Shown in pieces: positions 1 through 11,195 of a DNA stretch of 64,000 bases; within the stretch, counting starts at the first letter, position 1; each line of letters begins with the position of its first letter. A program made the position numbers and the translations under genes. The DNA is from an uncultured Phycisphaerales bacterium (GTDB taxonomy: Bacteria; Planctomycetota; Phycisphaerae; Tepidisphaerales; Tepidisphaeraceae), in the NCBI GenBank assembly GCA_963755915.1, contig CAVWLP010000002.1, forward strand, positions 4,480,001 to 4,544,000, written 5' to 3'. The notes beneath the pieces are model-generated. The model made no database searches, was not told the DNA's origin, and saw only the letters and a list, made by a program, of their open reading frames with translations.

Positions 1-36
1 AACCGCTTCCTTTTATTCCTTCAGGAAGGACGAAAC

Positions 37-64
37 AGTTTACGGACGAGCTTTGGGTTGTCAA
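37..64 (-). promoter_or_regulatory. sigma70-type promoter for a gene beyond the left edge
   Basis: Minus strand TTGACA-16 bp-TAAACT, followed by a purine-rich AAGGAAG RBS-like stretch near the edge. Confidence 0.5.
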
Positions 65-131
65 GTTGGGAAAATGAACGTTTTCAATTCCCGTAAATCA
101 TGCCTGGGGTATTTGCTCCACCATCACCCCC

Positions 132-2371
132 CTAACGCATCCCGGGCACTTCCCCCGATTGCACATGCAACCATCCCATCCAACGAAGCAAAAAATACTC
201 ATTGAACGGCTGATCATCCGTCATAATCACCCGCTCACCCGGAGTCGGCAAAGCCCTGAAATCAATCTCCCTCTTTAAAACGTGGTCAAGATAGCCCGCC
301 GCGTCCTCCCCATTCGACCATTCCAGAAGATCCGTCCTGGCACCCTCCGGCATCCGGGCCGCGACCTCTTCCCCATCCAGCTTTGGAATCGGCTCCATCG
401 AGCCCAGCATATGCAATCCCTGCGCTTCAATCGGCAAAAATCCTCGCACGTACGGAAACGATTCCCGGAACGAGCGAATAATCGCCAGCGCCGTCGCGTT
501 GATCCCGCCCGGTAACCACATCTGCACGATCCCATTCCGGTTCAAATCCTGCTTCGCCAGCGAATAAAACTCTGTCGAATACAAAAGACTCGATCCAGCC
601 GCCTCAATCGGCGGTGGTGGATCGACCACGATCACGTCAAATTTTCGCCCGCAGCGCCGAAGATACCGCCTGCCATCGTCGATGATAATGTGCCCATTCG
701 GGTTGCTCAGACATTTATCCGCATCCGCATGATAATAACCAAACGCCTGCGGCACTGCCGGAACCAGCTCCACCGCGCTGGTATCAATATTCCATGACAG
801 CGCCGAGCGATACGTCGTTCCCATCCCGAAACAAATCACCAGCGTCGATTTCGCCGGACCTTCATGCAATCCGAGCGGCAAATCCACCATGAATTTTGTG
901 ATCGGCGTCAGGATCGTCATCCCCACTCCGTTGACCAGCAGGATTTTCCCCATACCACTCCCGCCCGAAAGAACCGTCGCCGCGTAATCCCGCCGGATCA
1001 CGCAACCCGGGTCAGTCTCGCGGTACATCCACTCCGCATCATGCGAAAAAAATAGCGTGAAACCCACCTCGGCAACCAATGCCGCCGTCAACCCCACCCT
1101 CACCGGCCCAAAACGGGAACCGCGATGCCCAATCCAATACACCACAAACGGCATCCCGAGCAAAATCAGCGCCCACCGCTCGCTGATATAGGGTAAAAGC
1201 AGATACCCACCGGCCAGTGGCCCCAGAATGCACCCCACCACATTAACCGCATAGGCCTGCCCCGCGCGCCGCGGCCGGCCCGATGCATATCGATCGATCA
1301 GGCTCGGCGTCAGGTAGCCCAATACCGCGCAAAACGGACAGATGCTCGCCAGCAACACAATATCGCTCGAAAGATCCATCGTTCCCGCGCGGGAGCTTAT
1401 CACCACCACTCGCGGATCATTCACCAGCACCGGCAAAAATACCGTGAAGCCAAGGGCAACGAGCAGTGTCCCATATGAAAGCACCCGACGTCGCGAAATA
1501 CCCCGCCGATAAAGCCACGATCCCAAAATGTCGCGCCCAAATAGGTAAAAACAACGGACGCGAACGAATACACCTCCGTTCCCAGCAGCGGCGTAAACGC
1601 GCGAGACCACACCACCTCCATCGCCATCGACGCAAAACCTGTCGAAAACAGCACCGCCCGGATAACCCCGTCCGGCAGCACTTCCGCTGATTTAGGCACG
1701 TTGAGCCTGACCTGCGCTTGCGGAAATGTCTTAACTTCACGCCGAGACCTCACTCCCAGCCAAACGCTGATCGCCGTGATGATGAAATTTCCCCCCGCCG
1801 CTACGCACAGCGTGCCATGAAACCCAAATAGCTCGACCAGCGCCACGGCCGTCGCCAGCGTGCCGCACATCGCTCCCAGCACGTTGGCCAGGTAGAGAAA
1901 GCTGAAGCTGCTGTTGTTGCCCTCCACCCGTTCCCGGATGTACGCCATCATGAACGGAAACGTCGTCCCCATGCAAAAGCACCAGGGAAGAATCGATATC
2001 GCCACCGCCAGCGCCGACAGCAGCAGATATCCCGAGGAATTCATTTGCCCTGCCGGAAGCAGAATTCGCTCGCACACGTCGAACAGCTTTGGCGCCGCGA
2101 ACGCTCCCACCCCGATCAGAAACTCCGTCGCGCCGTAAAAGATCGCGGCCGACAATCCAGTTCGTTCAACCAGCCACGCGATCGACCGCCCCCCCCACCA
2201 CGATCCAACGGCCAGCCCGAGCATGAATACCGAAAGGACGACGGACAGCACCGGCGTAATGATCCCGAACGACGCGAATGCCAGCCGCGCCCACACGACC
2301 TGATACACCAGCCCCGAGAACCCCGATATAAAAAACAGAAGGAAAAGGATCGCCCGCCAGTATCGAGTCAT
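132..2371 (-). CDS. Membrane-fused spermidine-synthase-like (SAM-fold) protein; one frameshift at ~1525
   Basis: N-terminal multi-TM region (FFISGFSGLVYQVVW..., LYLANVLGA) in ORF 1421-2371 joins the SpeE-like C-terminal domain (AVELVP, IIIDDGRRYL, FDVIVVD, LYSTEFY) in ORF 132-1610; adding one T in a T run restores ATFLGSW. Confidence 0.8.
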
Positions 2372-2429
2372 GCGTGCCAGTCATCTACCGGGGACAGGGC
2401 GGTTAATCAAGAAATCGCGGGTTGCCTGT

Positions 2430-3761
2430 TCATCCGTTTTGGCTTTGCGATCTCCGCACCTCAATACTCCGCGCGTGGCCATCCAGCCCTTCCGCTTCCG
2501 CCATCGTCACAATCGCCTCCGCATCCCCCCGCAGCCCCTTCTCATCATATTTCTCCACGCTCGCCCGCTTCATAAACTCGAAGACGCTGATCCCGCTCGA
2601 AAACCGCGCCGTCGTATTCGTCGGCAAACAGTGGCTCGGCCCCGCGACATAATCCCCCGCCGCCACCGGCGAATACGGCCCGACGAAAATCGCCCCGCCG
2701 CTGCGGAGTTTTTTCAGAACCGATTCATCATCGCGCGTCTGAATGTTCACGTGCTCCGCCGCGAATCGATTCGCCAGCTCAATCAGCGCATCCATCGACG
2801 TGCCGAGAACGATCGCGCTGTGTTCCTTCAGCGCCCTTTCAATCGCAGCCTTGCGCGAAAGCTGCGGAAGCTGCAATCCGATTTCGCGCACCACCGCATC
2901 CGCGACTTTTTTGGAATCCGTCAACAAAAAACAGCTCCCCGGATCATGCTCCGCCTGGGCCAGCAGGTCGGCGGCAATGAATTTCGCATTCCCCGTCTCA
3001 TCCGCCAGCGCCAGGATTTCGCTCGGCCCCAGAAATCCATCGATCCCCACGCATCCGGCCAGGGCCCGCTTGGCAAGCTGCACATAGACATTCCCTGGCC
3101 CCACGATCTTATCGACGCGCGGAATCGTCTGCGTCCCAAACGCCATCGCCGCGATGGCAGCCGCCCCGCCGGCGCGGAAGACTTCTGTCAGCTTCAGCTC
3201 ATGGCAAGCCGCCAGGACCAGGTCGATCTTCCCAAACCTACTCGGTGGCGAGCAGACAACGATTTTTTTCACTCCCGCCACCTGCGCCGGGACAGCGAGC
3301 ATAATCAGGGTTGACGGATATGCCGCCTTCCCACCCGGAAAATAAAGCCCTGCTGAATCCAGCGGCGTAAACCGCATCGAAAGCTCGACGCCAGGCCGTT
3401 TCAGCGGAGCCATCTCACCCGGCATGAGGTGCTGCTGATATTGGCGCACCTGCGCGATCGATCGGCGGATCGCGTCCAACTGTTTCGCCGGCGTGCGCGA
3501 ATGCGCCTCCGCCATTTCCTTCGTAGAAATATGGATTTGATCTGCCCTGAAATCCGGATCGTCAAACTGCCGCGCGCTCTCGACAACCGCGGCATCCCCA
3601 AGCTGCGAAACATCCGCGAGGATTTTCTGCACCGAGGCGATCTGTTTGGCGAGTTCACCTTTCCCGGTCGCCAGTGCAACCGGATCTAAAGCGAGCTGCG
3701 CCAGTAGCGTTTCCACGCGAGCAGATTCAGCGGGGTTGTCTAATGACAGGATCGGGATCAT
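2430..3761 (-). CDS. hisD: Histidinol dehydrogenase
   Basis: PGGKAAYPST, KIVGPGNVYV, GPSE, QAEHD, AAEH and GDYVAGPSHCLPT motifs. Confidence 0.97.
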   Translation of the reverse strand: MIPILSLDNPAESARVETLLAQLALDPVALATGKGELAKQIASVQKILADVSQLGDAAVVESARQFDDPDFRADQIHISTKEMAEAHSRTPAKQLDAIRRSIAQVRQYQQHLMPGEMAPLKRPGVELSMRFTPLDSAGLYFPGGKAAYPSTLIMLAVPAQVAGVKKIVVCSPPSRFGKIDLVLAACHELKLTEVFRAGGAAAIAAMAFGTQTIPRVDKIVGPGNVYVQLAKRALAGCVGIDGFLGPSEILALADETGNAKFIAADLLAQAEHDPGSCFLLTDSKKVADAVVREIGLQLPQLSRKAAIERALKEHSAIVLGTSMDALIELANRFAAEHVNIQTRDDESVLKKLRSGGAIFVGPYSPVAAGDYVAGPSHCLPTNTTARFSSGISVFEFMKRASVEKYDEKGLRGDAEAIVTMAEAEGLDGHARSIEVRRSQSQNG

Positions 3762-3863
3762 TTACCGCCTTTTCGCTTTCCTAAACCTCCCAGTTTATCC
3801 AGTTTGTTGCGGACTGTTACCTTTTGTACCGCAGGTCCCCGCCGAAAAAAATTCTCCCGGCGA

Positions 3864-4979
3864 TCACTTCGTCACCCAGCACGCTGCCAGATGATTGGGC
3901 TTTCCATCTTTCATTTCCAGCATCGGAACTTCCGTCGCGCATTTGCGCAGCACGCGAAACTTTTCCGCCCCACTGCTCACCTCCATCGTCCCTCCAAAAT
4001 CCGCGACGCGAAGCGAAATCGTCCGGCTGGTCCCCTGCTGAGAAATATTCACAATCGCGTTCTGATCGGCCGTAGCCGCCCCCGCGCGTTAGTGGGCACC
4101 TCGGATGAAACGGACACCCGCTCGGCGGATTCGTCGGCGACGGCACCTCGCCCCCCAGCACAATCCGCTCCCGGCTGCGCCGCGGATCCGGCTCCGGCGC
4201 CGCCGACAACAGCGCCGCCGTATACGGATGCTTCGGATTCGCATAAAGCTCCCGCGCCTCCGCCCTCTCGACGATCCGCCCCAAATACATCACCGCCACG
4301 TCATCCGAAAAATGCTCCACGACAGCCAGGTTATGCGCGATAAACAAATACGCGATCCCCCGCTCCGCCCGCAGATCGGCCAGCAGATTGAGAATCTGGC
4401 TCTGAATCGAAACGTCCAGCGCCGACACCGGCTCATCGCACACAATAAAGTCCGGCGAAAGCGACAGCGCCGCGCAATCCCGATCCGCTGCCGCTGCCCC
4501 CCCGAAAACTCGTGCGGATATTTGTTCGCATCCCCCTCATCCAGCCCCACGCGCCGCAGCAGGGACGCCACCATCGCCCGCTTCTCCTCCCCGCGGGCGA
4601 TTTTGTGCACTTCGATCGGCTCGCCGATGATATTCCCGACGCGCATGCGGGGATTCAAACTGCTCACCGGATCCTGAAAAATGATCTGCATCCGCCGCCG
4701 CATGTTGCGAAGCGCTTCGCCGCGATAGGCGAGAAAATCATGCCCGTCGTATCTGATCGAGCCCGACGTCGGAGGAATAAGCCGCAGGATCGACCGCCCC
4801 ACCGTCGTCTTCCCACACCCGCTTTCGCCGACAAGGCCCAGCGTTCTGCCGCGGTGGACGTCGAACGACACGCCGTCAACCGCTTTCACCCAGCCGACCG
4901 TTCGCGAAAAGATTCCGCGCTTGATCGGGAAATAAGTTTTGAGGTCGCGGATTTGCAGCAGCGGTTCGCCGTTGTTCAT
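3864..4979 (-). CDS. oppF: Oligopeptide/dipeptide ABC transporter ATP-binding subunit (OppF/AppF type); frameshifts at ~4470 and ~4080
   Basis: [43 protein letters not shown]...HLAACW spread over three frames. Confidence 0.9.
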
Positions 4980-6019
4980 CGCGTCACCTCGGCGGCGGGC
5001 CTGCGCGCATCAATCACCGGCGGCGTAATCTTTCCGACCGCGAATCCCTCGATGTGATGACACGACCCCCAATGTCCCGGCGAAAATTCCCGCAGCGCCG
5101 GCTCCTGATTCGCGCACAGCGGATCGCCGTTCATCCGCGGGCAGCGCGGATGAAACTTGCACCCGCTGGGAAATGCCCGCGGGCTCGGCACCGTCCCTGA
5201 AATCGTCTGCAATCGCTCGTTGACGTGCCCTAACCGCGGCATGGCGCGAAACAGCCCTTCGGTGTATGGATGTTTTGGCGAATCAAACAGCTCCCCCACC
5301 GCCGCGAATTCAACCACCTTGCTCGCATACATCACCGCAACCGCATCCGCGTTTTCGGCGACGACGCCCAGATCGTGCGTAATCAGCATCACGGCCATCC
5401 CGCGCTCGTTCTGCAGTTTCCGCAGCAGCTCCAGAATCTGCGCCTGGATGGTCACATCCAGCGCCGTCGTCGGCTCGTCCGCGATCAGAAGTTTCGGCCG
5501 GCAGGAGAGAGCCATGGCGATCATAATGCGCTGCCGCATCCCACCCGAAAGGCGATGCGGATACTCGTGAATTCGCTTGCCCGCGTCGGCGATCCCCACA
5601 TCGTGCATCGCCTCCTCGGCGATCTCGTAGGCCTTTCGAGTGCCGACGTTTTGATGGAGCTGCACGGCTTCGACGATCTGCTCCCCGACGGTGAAGACCG
5701 GGTTGAGGGAGGTCATCGGCTCCTGAAAGATCATGGCGATCTCAGAGCCGCGCACGCCGCGCATCTGCTTCTCGGTCAGCGAAAGAAGATTTCGCCCTTC
5801 GAAAAGAACCTGTCCGCCGAGGACCTTGCTCGGCGGGCTGGGAATCAGGCGGAGGATCGAAAGAGCCGTCACCGATTTTCCGCAGCCGCTCTCCCCCACC
5901 ACGGCCACGGTCTGCCCCGGAAAAATCGTCAGCGAAGCGCCTTGAACGGGACGGATTTCCCCACGCGGCGTGTCAAACGCCACGGTCAGGTCGCGAACTT
6001 CAAGCAGCGGCTTGGGCAT
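4976..6019 (-). CDS. oppD: Oligopeptide ABC transporter ATP-binding subunit (OppD/DppD type)
   Basis: [34 protein letters not shown] and a Cys-rich C-terminus. Confidence 0.93.
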   Translation of the reverse strand: MPKPLLEVRDLTVAFDTPRGEIRPVQGASLTIFPGQTVAVVGESGCGKSVTALSILRLIPSPPSKVLGGQVLFEGRNLLSLTEKQMRGVRGSEIAMIFQEPMTSLNPVFTVGEQIVEAVQLHQNVGTRKAYEIAEEAMHDVGIADAGKRIHEYPHRLSGGMRQRIMIAMALSCRPKLLIADEPTTALDVTIQAQILELLRKLQNERGMAVMLITHDLGVVAENADAVAVMYASKVVEFAAVGELFDSPKHPYTEGLFRAMPRLGHVNERLQTISGTVPSPRAFPSGCKFHPRCPRMNGDPLCANQEPALREFSPGHWGSCHHIEGFAVGKITPPVIDARRPAAEVTR

Positions 6020-7233
6020 TATTTCGCATCCTGGAACTTTGGGTCCAGCGCATCGCGCAGCGCCTCGCCGATAAGGTTATAGGCGAAGACCGTCAGGAAA
6101 ATCGCCAGGCCCGGATAAAGCGCAATCCACCAGTAAAACGTGCCGCCCTCGCCTAGGGCCTGCTCGAGGAGGTTTCCCCAGCTTGCTTCGTTGACCAGGC
6201 CGATGCCCAGAAAGCTGAGGGTGCTTTCGACAAGGATGGCGCTGGCGACGCCGAAGCTGGCACTGACGATCAACGGGGTGAGGCCGTTGGGAAGCATGTG
6301 GCGGAAAAGGATCGACCGCACCGGTAACCCGGCCGTGCGCGCGGCCTGCACGAAATCTCGCTGGCGGAGGCTCAGAAACTCGGCGCGGATGAAATAGGCA
6401 TATCCCACCCAGCTCGTGGCGCCGATGATGGCCATCATGATGTACAAATTTGGCGGGAAAATAGCGACAAAACAGAGAAGCAGCAGCAGCGTTGGGATGG
6501 CGTCGAAAATTTCGACGAACCGCATGCCTATCAGGTCGATCCAGCCGACGTAATATCCCATCAACCCCCCTACGATGACGCCGATGATCAGGGCGATACC
6601 CGTGGAGATAAATCCGATGGAGAGGGCGATGCGCGTGGCGTAGATCATGTTGCTGCACAGATCAGCCGCGTCGGCGGTGGTGCCCATCAGGTGAGTGTGG
6701 GATGGGGCCGTCAGGCGGACGTTCCACTGGTCGCGAAGATGATCGTCGGGGGAGAATGGGATGGGGGCGTTAAACACCGAATCGATTTTTCCCGTCTGCT
6801 CGTCCACGCGATAGGTTTGATAGACGACGATCTGCGGCGGATTGATAACAAACGGAAAAATCGCGATTGACGCAGCGATGACGCAAAACCAGAGGGTCCA
6901 GCGCGTTTTTCTGGCCAGCCCGGGGAGAAAATACAGGATTGCCGCGCTCCAGAAGATCACCTGAAGGATCACATCGGCCGGCGAAAGATAGGTGAGCAAG
7001 GGGCTGGACCAGTGGCCATTTTCGTGAATCAAATAGGGATGCGAGTTGGCGACCAATGGGCCGAAGACAGCGAAGAATACCAACGCGCAAATCCAGATGA
7101 GGCCCAGGATCGCGCCGGTGCGATGCAGCACCGCCTCGATGACCTGGCTCGTGTAGGTGCGCGAGGGAATGGCCGTCTCGGTGGCGAGCAGCTCGCCGTG
7201 GCCGTGCGGGGTGATGGTTCCGAATTCGGTCAT
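6019..7233 (-). CDS. oppC: Peptide ABC transporter permease (OppC/DppC type)
   Basis: [13 protein letters not shown] loop, [28 protein letters not shown]. Confidence 0.9.
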   Translation of the reverse strand: MTEFGTITPHGHGELLATETAIPSRTYTSQVIEAVLHRTGAILGLIWICALVFFAVFGPLVANSHPYLIHENGHWSSPLLTYLSPADVILQVIFWSAAILYFLPGLARKTRWTLWFCVIAASIAIFPFVINPPQIVVYQTYRVDEQTGKIDSVFNAPIPFSPDDHLRDQWNVRLTAPSHTHLMGTTADAADLCSNMIYATRIALSIGFISTGIALIIGVIVGGLMGYYVGWIDLIGMRFVEIFDAIPTLLLLLCFVAIFPPNLYIMMAIIGATSWVGYAYFIRAEFLSLRQRDFVQAARTAGLPVRSILFRHMLPNGLTPLIVSASFGVASAILVESTLSFLGIGLVNEASWGNLLEQALGEGGTFYWWIALYPGLAIFLTVFAYNLIGEALRDALDPKFQDAK

Positions 7234-7235
7234 GG

Positions 7236-8309
7236 TTATTCGTAGCTCACGCGCGGGTCGGCGACGGCGTAGATGATGTCGCGGAGGATCTGACTGAGAA
7301 GCCCGATCAGGCCGCCGATGAGGGTGACGGCCATGACGACTTCGCGGTCGCGAAATTGGACGGATTCCACGCCGAGCCTGCCCATTCCCGGAATGCTGAA
7401 GATCGATTCGACGACAACAGAGCCGCTAATCATCGCGGGCAAAATGCTGGCCGCGACAGTGATCAGTGCCAGCAGACTATTCCGGAAAACGTGGCGATAA
7501 AGGACATCGTGCTCGGAAACGCCTTTCGCGCGGGAGGTGCGAACGTAATCGGATTCGAGATTTTCGAGGATGGAGCCGCGCATGAGCTTCGTCAGGAATG
7601 CCGAGCTACCGTAGCTGAGGCAGACGACCGGAAGCACCAAGTGCCAGATTGCGTCAAGAACCCAACCGCGGCTCCAGCCGCTGGCGGTCCAGTGCGGGAA
7701 AAAGGCCATGGCGATTGCTTCGGGCTCGTGCAGGCCGGAGGTGGGGAATAGCTTGATGTATTGCCGGTTGGCCAAGAGGCCGATGAGCATGACGCCGGCC
7801 CAGATCGTGGGGACCGACCAGGCGGCAAGCTGCGAGAGCGATGTGGCCGTGTCGTACCAGCCGCCGCGATGCCGGGCGGAGATGATTCCGGTGATGATGC
7901 CGAAGCCGTAGACGAAGGGGATGCTGACGAGGTTCAGCAGCAAAGTTATCGGCAGCGCCTCGGCGATCAAGTCGATCACAGGCCGATGCTGCGCCAGGCT
8001 TTCCCCGAGGCTCGGAAATTTCAGTCCGAATTTCCCCAGCGTACCATCTTCATTTGGCCGGAAACCGATCGGTGAAATCAGGTTTAGCCAGCGGCCGTAC
8101 TGGACCATCTTCGGCTTGTCGATGCCGTAGCGTTTTTCGTAATACTCGCGAACGTAATGAGCCTCCTGGCTTTTGAGATTCCCGGATTTGTCGAGCAGCG
8201 GGCCGCCGATGCCGCCGGGGGAATAGGCCATCGTGAAAAAGACCAGTGCCGTAATCCCCAGCAGCGTGGGAAACATCAGCAGACAGCGGCGGACGATGTA
8301 GGTGAACAT
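7236..8309 (-). CDS. oppB: Peptide ABC transporter permease (OppB/DppB type)
   Basis: MFTYIVRR, DYVRTSRAKG, VESIFSIPGMG, YAVADPR. Confidence 0.9.
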   Translation of the reverse strand: MFTYIVRRCLLMFPTLLGITALVFFTMAYSPGGIGGPLLDKSGNLKSQEAHYVREYYEKRYGIDKPKMVQYGRWLNLISPIGFRPNEDGTLGKFGLKFPSLGESLAQHRPVIDLIAEALPITLLLNLVSIPFVYGFGIITGIISARHRGGWYDTATSLSQLAAWSVPTIWAGVMLIGLLANRQYIKLFPTSGLHEPEAIAMAFFPHWTASGWSRGWVLDAIWHLVLPVVCLSYGSSAFLTKLMRGSILENLESDYVRTSRAKGVSEHDVLYRHVFRNSLLALITVAASILPAMISGSVVVESIFSIPGMGRLGVESVQFRDREVVMAVTLIGGLIGLLSQILRDIIYAVADPRVSYE

Positions 8310-8327
8310 AAGAGGCGGAGCAAGGGT

Positions 8328-10178
8328 TCAGTCATGGTATTTTTGCAGGGCCTGGGGAACGTACCATTCCGAGCTTCCGTTCAGACCTTCTTTTGTGACC
8401 AGGACGCCATGAATTCGCTTGTCGATGAAATCGAGGTCCTTCTCGATGTAAAGGAAAGTGTAGGGCTCGTCGCGGTGGAAAATCTGATCGACCTGGTGCC
8501 AGACGGGCATGCGCTTGGCGTCGTCGACGATCGACCGCGCCTTTCCGATCAAAGCATCCGCCTCGGGATCGCTGTACTGGATGAAGTTGTCGCCGGTGCC
8601 GGCGATCTGGCTGGAATCGAAGATCTGATAGGCGTCGAATTCGAGGTCGCCGCTCCACCCGCCTAGATAGACGTCATATTGCCGGTCGTCGAGGCGCTTG
8701 AGCATGACGGACCATTCGACCGGCTCCGGCTCGGCGAGAATTCCGGCCTGGGCGTAAGCGTCTTTCAGATAAGACGCAATCCGCCCACGCACTTCATTGC
8801 TGCTGTTGTACATGATCTTGAATTGCACAGGCTTGCCGTCGGGCCCGTAGAGCTGATCGCCCTGCTTTGTGCAGCCTGCATCGGCGAGGAGTTTTTCAGC
8901 AGCCACCGGATCGTATGGCCAAGGCTGAATCGTCGGATCGGCCTGCGGCGTCATCGGGCTGAAAGGGCCGCTGATCACCGAGGCGTATCCCCGCATGATG
9001 TCCTTTATGATGCGATCCCTGTCGGTGAGCATTGTCATCGCCCGCCTTACCCGGGCGTCAGCGAAAATGGTGGGCTTGCCATCCCGCCCCTGCTTTTCAT
9101 TCCAGCCGACGTAGATGAAGCCCTCCGATGGAACCTTCAGCGACCAATGATTCGTGCTCTCGACAAGCTGCGGATCGGCGCACATCTGGTCATATTGCTC
9201 GGGCGACGGTCCGCCAGCCATCCCGCCGAAAATGTCTGTGTCGCCGTTTTCGAAAGACGTTGTTCGCGCGGAGGGATTTTCAATCACCTTCCAAACCATC
9301 CTGTTGAACGAAGGCGTGGGGCCCCAATAGCGCTCGTTGCGCACGAGAATAACCGGCGCGCCCGGTGTCGGTGTCCAGCTTGTCGGATCGGGAAGCCGAT
9401 ACGGTCCGGAGCCCAACAGAAGTCCGGTCGAGTTGTTGATCTGTTCCGGAGTAAATTTCGAATAGAACGACTTGGGCATAATTCCAATGCCGGCAACCGT
9501 CTCAAAGCTTTTAAAATACGGTTCCGTGAAGACGAAGCGAACCGCGTAATCGTTGAGCTTCTGCACCGACCCCAGCTTGTCCAGATACGCACGAATGCGA
9601 GGGGCCTCGATCCGCTGGTCGCGTATCAGGTCGAAAGTAAAAACGACGTCATCCGCGCTCAGGGGAGAGCCGTCCGAAAACGTGATTCCCCGCCGAAGTT
9701 CGAAGTCGATCGTGAGTTGATCGGGGGAAATGGTCCAAGACCTGGCCAGGCTTGGAGTCCAGGCAAGCGTGTCGGGGTCGCGCCCGCAAAGACTGTCGAG
9801 GACACCGCCCTGGACGATGGCGGAGGCCAGATCCGTGGAAATCAGGGGCGTAAGTTTTTCGGGGATGGCCATGAATGTGTCAACTAGATCATCCCCCTGG
9901 GCGTAGTCCGGAGCCTGCTGGGCTTTGAGGATTCGCTCGAAACCGGCGGTAAAGTTGTCGGTTGTGGAGGGATTCGTCGTTGCCGTCACCAGCGCGCCGC
10001 GCTCAAGCAACCGGCGGATGGCGGCGATGTCATTTGTCTGCTGGTTGAGCAGCGTGTTGGTTTGCTGGATGAGCGTCCATTGGCGGTCGTACTGGTTCAT
10101 CGCCAGGAAAACGACGCCGATGAGGCACGCCAGGATCAGGAAGAGGAAAAAATCCTTTAAGCCGAATCGGTTCTCCAT
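8328..10178 (-). CDS. Peptide ABC transporter substrate-binding protein (SBP family 5) with N-terminal membrane anchor
   Basis: PSLARSW, FSDGSPLSADDVVFT, GSGPY, DARVRRA. Confidence 0.88.
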   Translation of the reverse strand: MENRFGLKDFFLFLILACLIGVVFLAMNQYDRQWTLIQQTNTLLNQQTNDIAAIRRLLERGALVTATTNPSTTDNFTAGFERILKAQQAPDYAQGDDLVDTFMAIPEKLTPLISTDLASAIVQGGVLDSLCGRDPDTLAWTPSLARSWTISPDQLTIDFELRRGITFSDGSPLSADDVVFTFDLIRDQRIEAPRIRAYLDKLGSVQKLNDYAVRFVFTEPYFKSFETVAGIGIMPKSFYSKFTPEQINNSTGLLLGSGPYRLPDPTSWTPTPGAPVILVRNERYWGPTPSFNRMVWKVIENPSARTTSFENGDTDIFGGMAGGPSPEQYDQMCADPQLVESTNHWSLKVPSEGFIYVGWNEKQGRDGKPTIFADARVRRAMTMLTDRDRIIKDIMRGYASVISGPFSPMTPQADPTIQPWPYDPVAAEKLLADAGCTKQGDQLYGPDGKPVQFKIMYNSSNEVRGRIASYLKDAYAQAGILAEPEPVEWSVMLKRLDDRQYDVYLGGWSGDLEFDAYQIFDSSQIAGTGDNFIQYSDPEADALIGKARSIVDDAKRMPVWHQVDQIFHRDEPYTFLYIEKDLDFIDKRIHGVLVTKEGLNGSSEWYVPQALQKYHD

Positions 10179-10199
10179 GAGAGATCAAAACGCCTTTTT

Positions 10200-11195
10200 T
10201 TAAATTTTGGCCGCCTCGCGCCTGGGATCAAAAGCATCCCGCAATCCGTCTCCGACGAAATTGAGCGCCAGCAGCGTCACGCCTAGCAGAGTACACGGAA
10301 AAAGCAGGAGCCACCAGCAGGAGGCCATCGGGCCCAGCGCCAACGTGAGGCCGTCGCTGGCGAGAGAACCCCAGGTGGGAAGGGGCTTTTGGATGCCGAT
10401 GCCAAGGAAACTGAGGAGCGATTCCTGCAGGATCGCCTGGGGGACCGTCAGCGTCGCGTAGACCGTGATCGGGCCGATGAGATTGGGGAGCAGATGGCGC
10501 AGGAAAATCCGGTGGCTGGGGGCGCCAGCCGCGCGGGCAGCCTCGATAAAGGGGAGGGTACGCAGCGACAGCACCTGGCCGCGAATGACGCGGGCCATTG
10601 TCAGCCAGCTCACCAGGCCAATCGAAAGAAACAGCACCACCAGGTTCGCCGCCATGCTCGAATGGAGAAGATTCCCCAGCGGCGTCTCCATCGCGAATTT
10701 GAAGAGGATCACGAGCAGGATATAGGGCAGTGCGTAGAGGATGTCGACGATCCGCATGAGCAGGGAATCGATCCATCCGCCGCGATAACCGGAAATGAGT
10801 CCGACGCTGACGCCAAGGGCGACGCTGATCGCCGCGGCGGCCAGGCCGATGGTAAGGCTGATGACTCCGCCGGCCAGGCATTGGCCCAGAAGGCTCTGGC
10901 CAAGTTTGCTCGTGCCGAAGAGAAGCCAAAGCGAGCGAGTCTGGGGAGCAAGCAGGGCGGCGTCGGTGCGCTGCTGGTCGTAGTAGAGAGAAGAGGAGGA
11001 GCTGAGGGTCCAGGGCAGGGTGATGATGCAGGCGCCGAGTAGAATCGCCAAGACCGCCCCGCCGATGGAAATCCGAAATCCGAAACCAGAATGACGAATC
11101 AAATTCGAAATCCGAATGACCGAATGACGATCGCCCAGTCGGATTTCGACATTCGGGTTTGATTCGTCATTCTGGTTTCGGATTTCGGGTTTCAT
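10200..11195 (-). CDS. oppC: Second peptide ABC permease (OppC type); N-terminus encoded by a palindromic repeat
   Basis: FIEAARAAG, HLLPN, ESLLSFLGIG, NFVGDGLRDAFDP; ATG overlaps the upstream stop (ATGA). Confidence 0.88.
   Translation of the reverse strand: MKPEIRNQNDESNPNVEIRLGDRHSVIRISNLIRHSGFGFRISIGGAVLAILLGACIITLPWTLSSSSSLYYDQQRTDAALLAPQTRSLWLLFGTSKLGQSLLGQCLAGGVISLTIGLAAAAISVALGVSVGLISGYRGGWIDSLLMRIVDILYALPYILLVILFKFAMETPLGNLLHSSMAANLVVLFLSIGLVSWLTMARVIRGQVLSLRTLPFIEAARAAGAPSHRIFLRHLLPNLIGPITVYATLTVPQAILQESLLSFLGIGIQKPLPTWGSLASDGLTLALGPMASCWWLLLFPCTLLGVTLLALNFVGDGLRDAFDPRREAAKI
11068..11193. repeat. Palindromic element built from AATCCGA/AATGACG-type heptamers (42-bp arms)
   Basis: 11068-11109 is the reverse complement of 11152-11193 with 3 mismatches, all G-T wobbles on the + strand. 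Confidence 0.9.
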
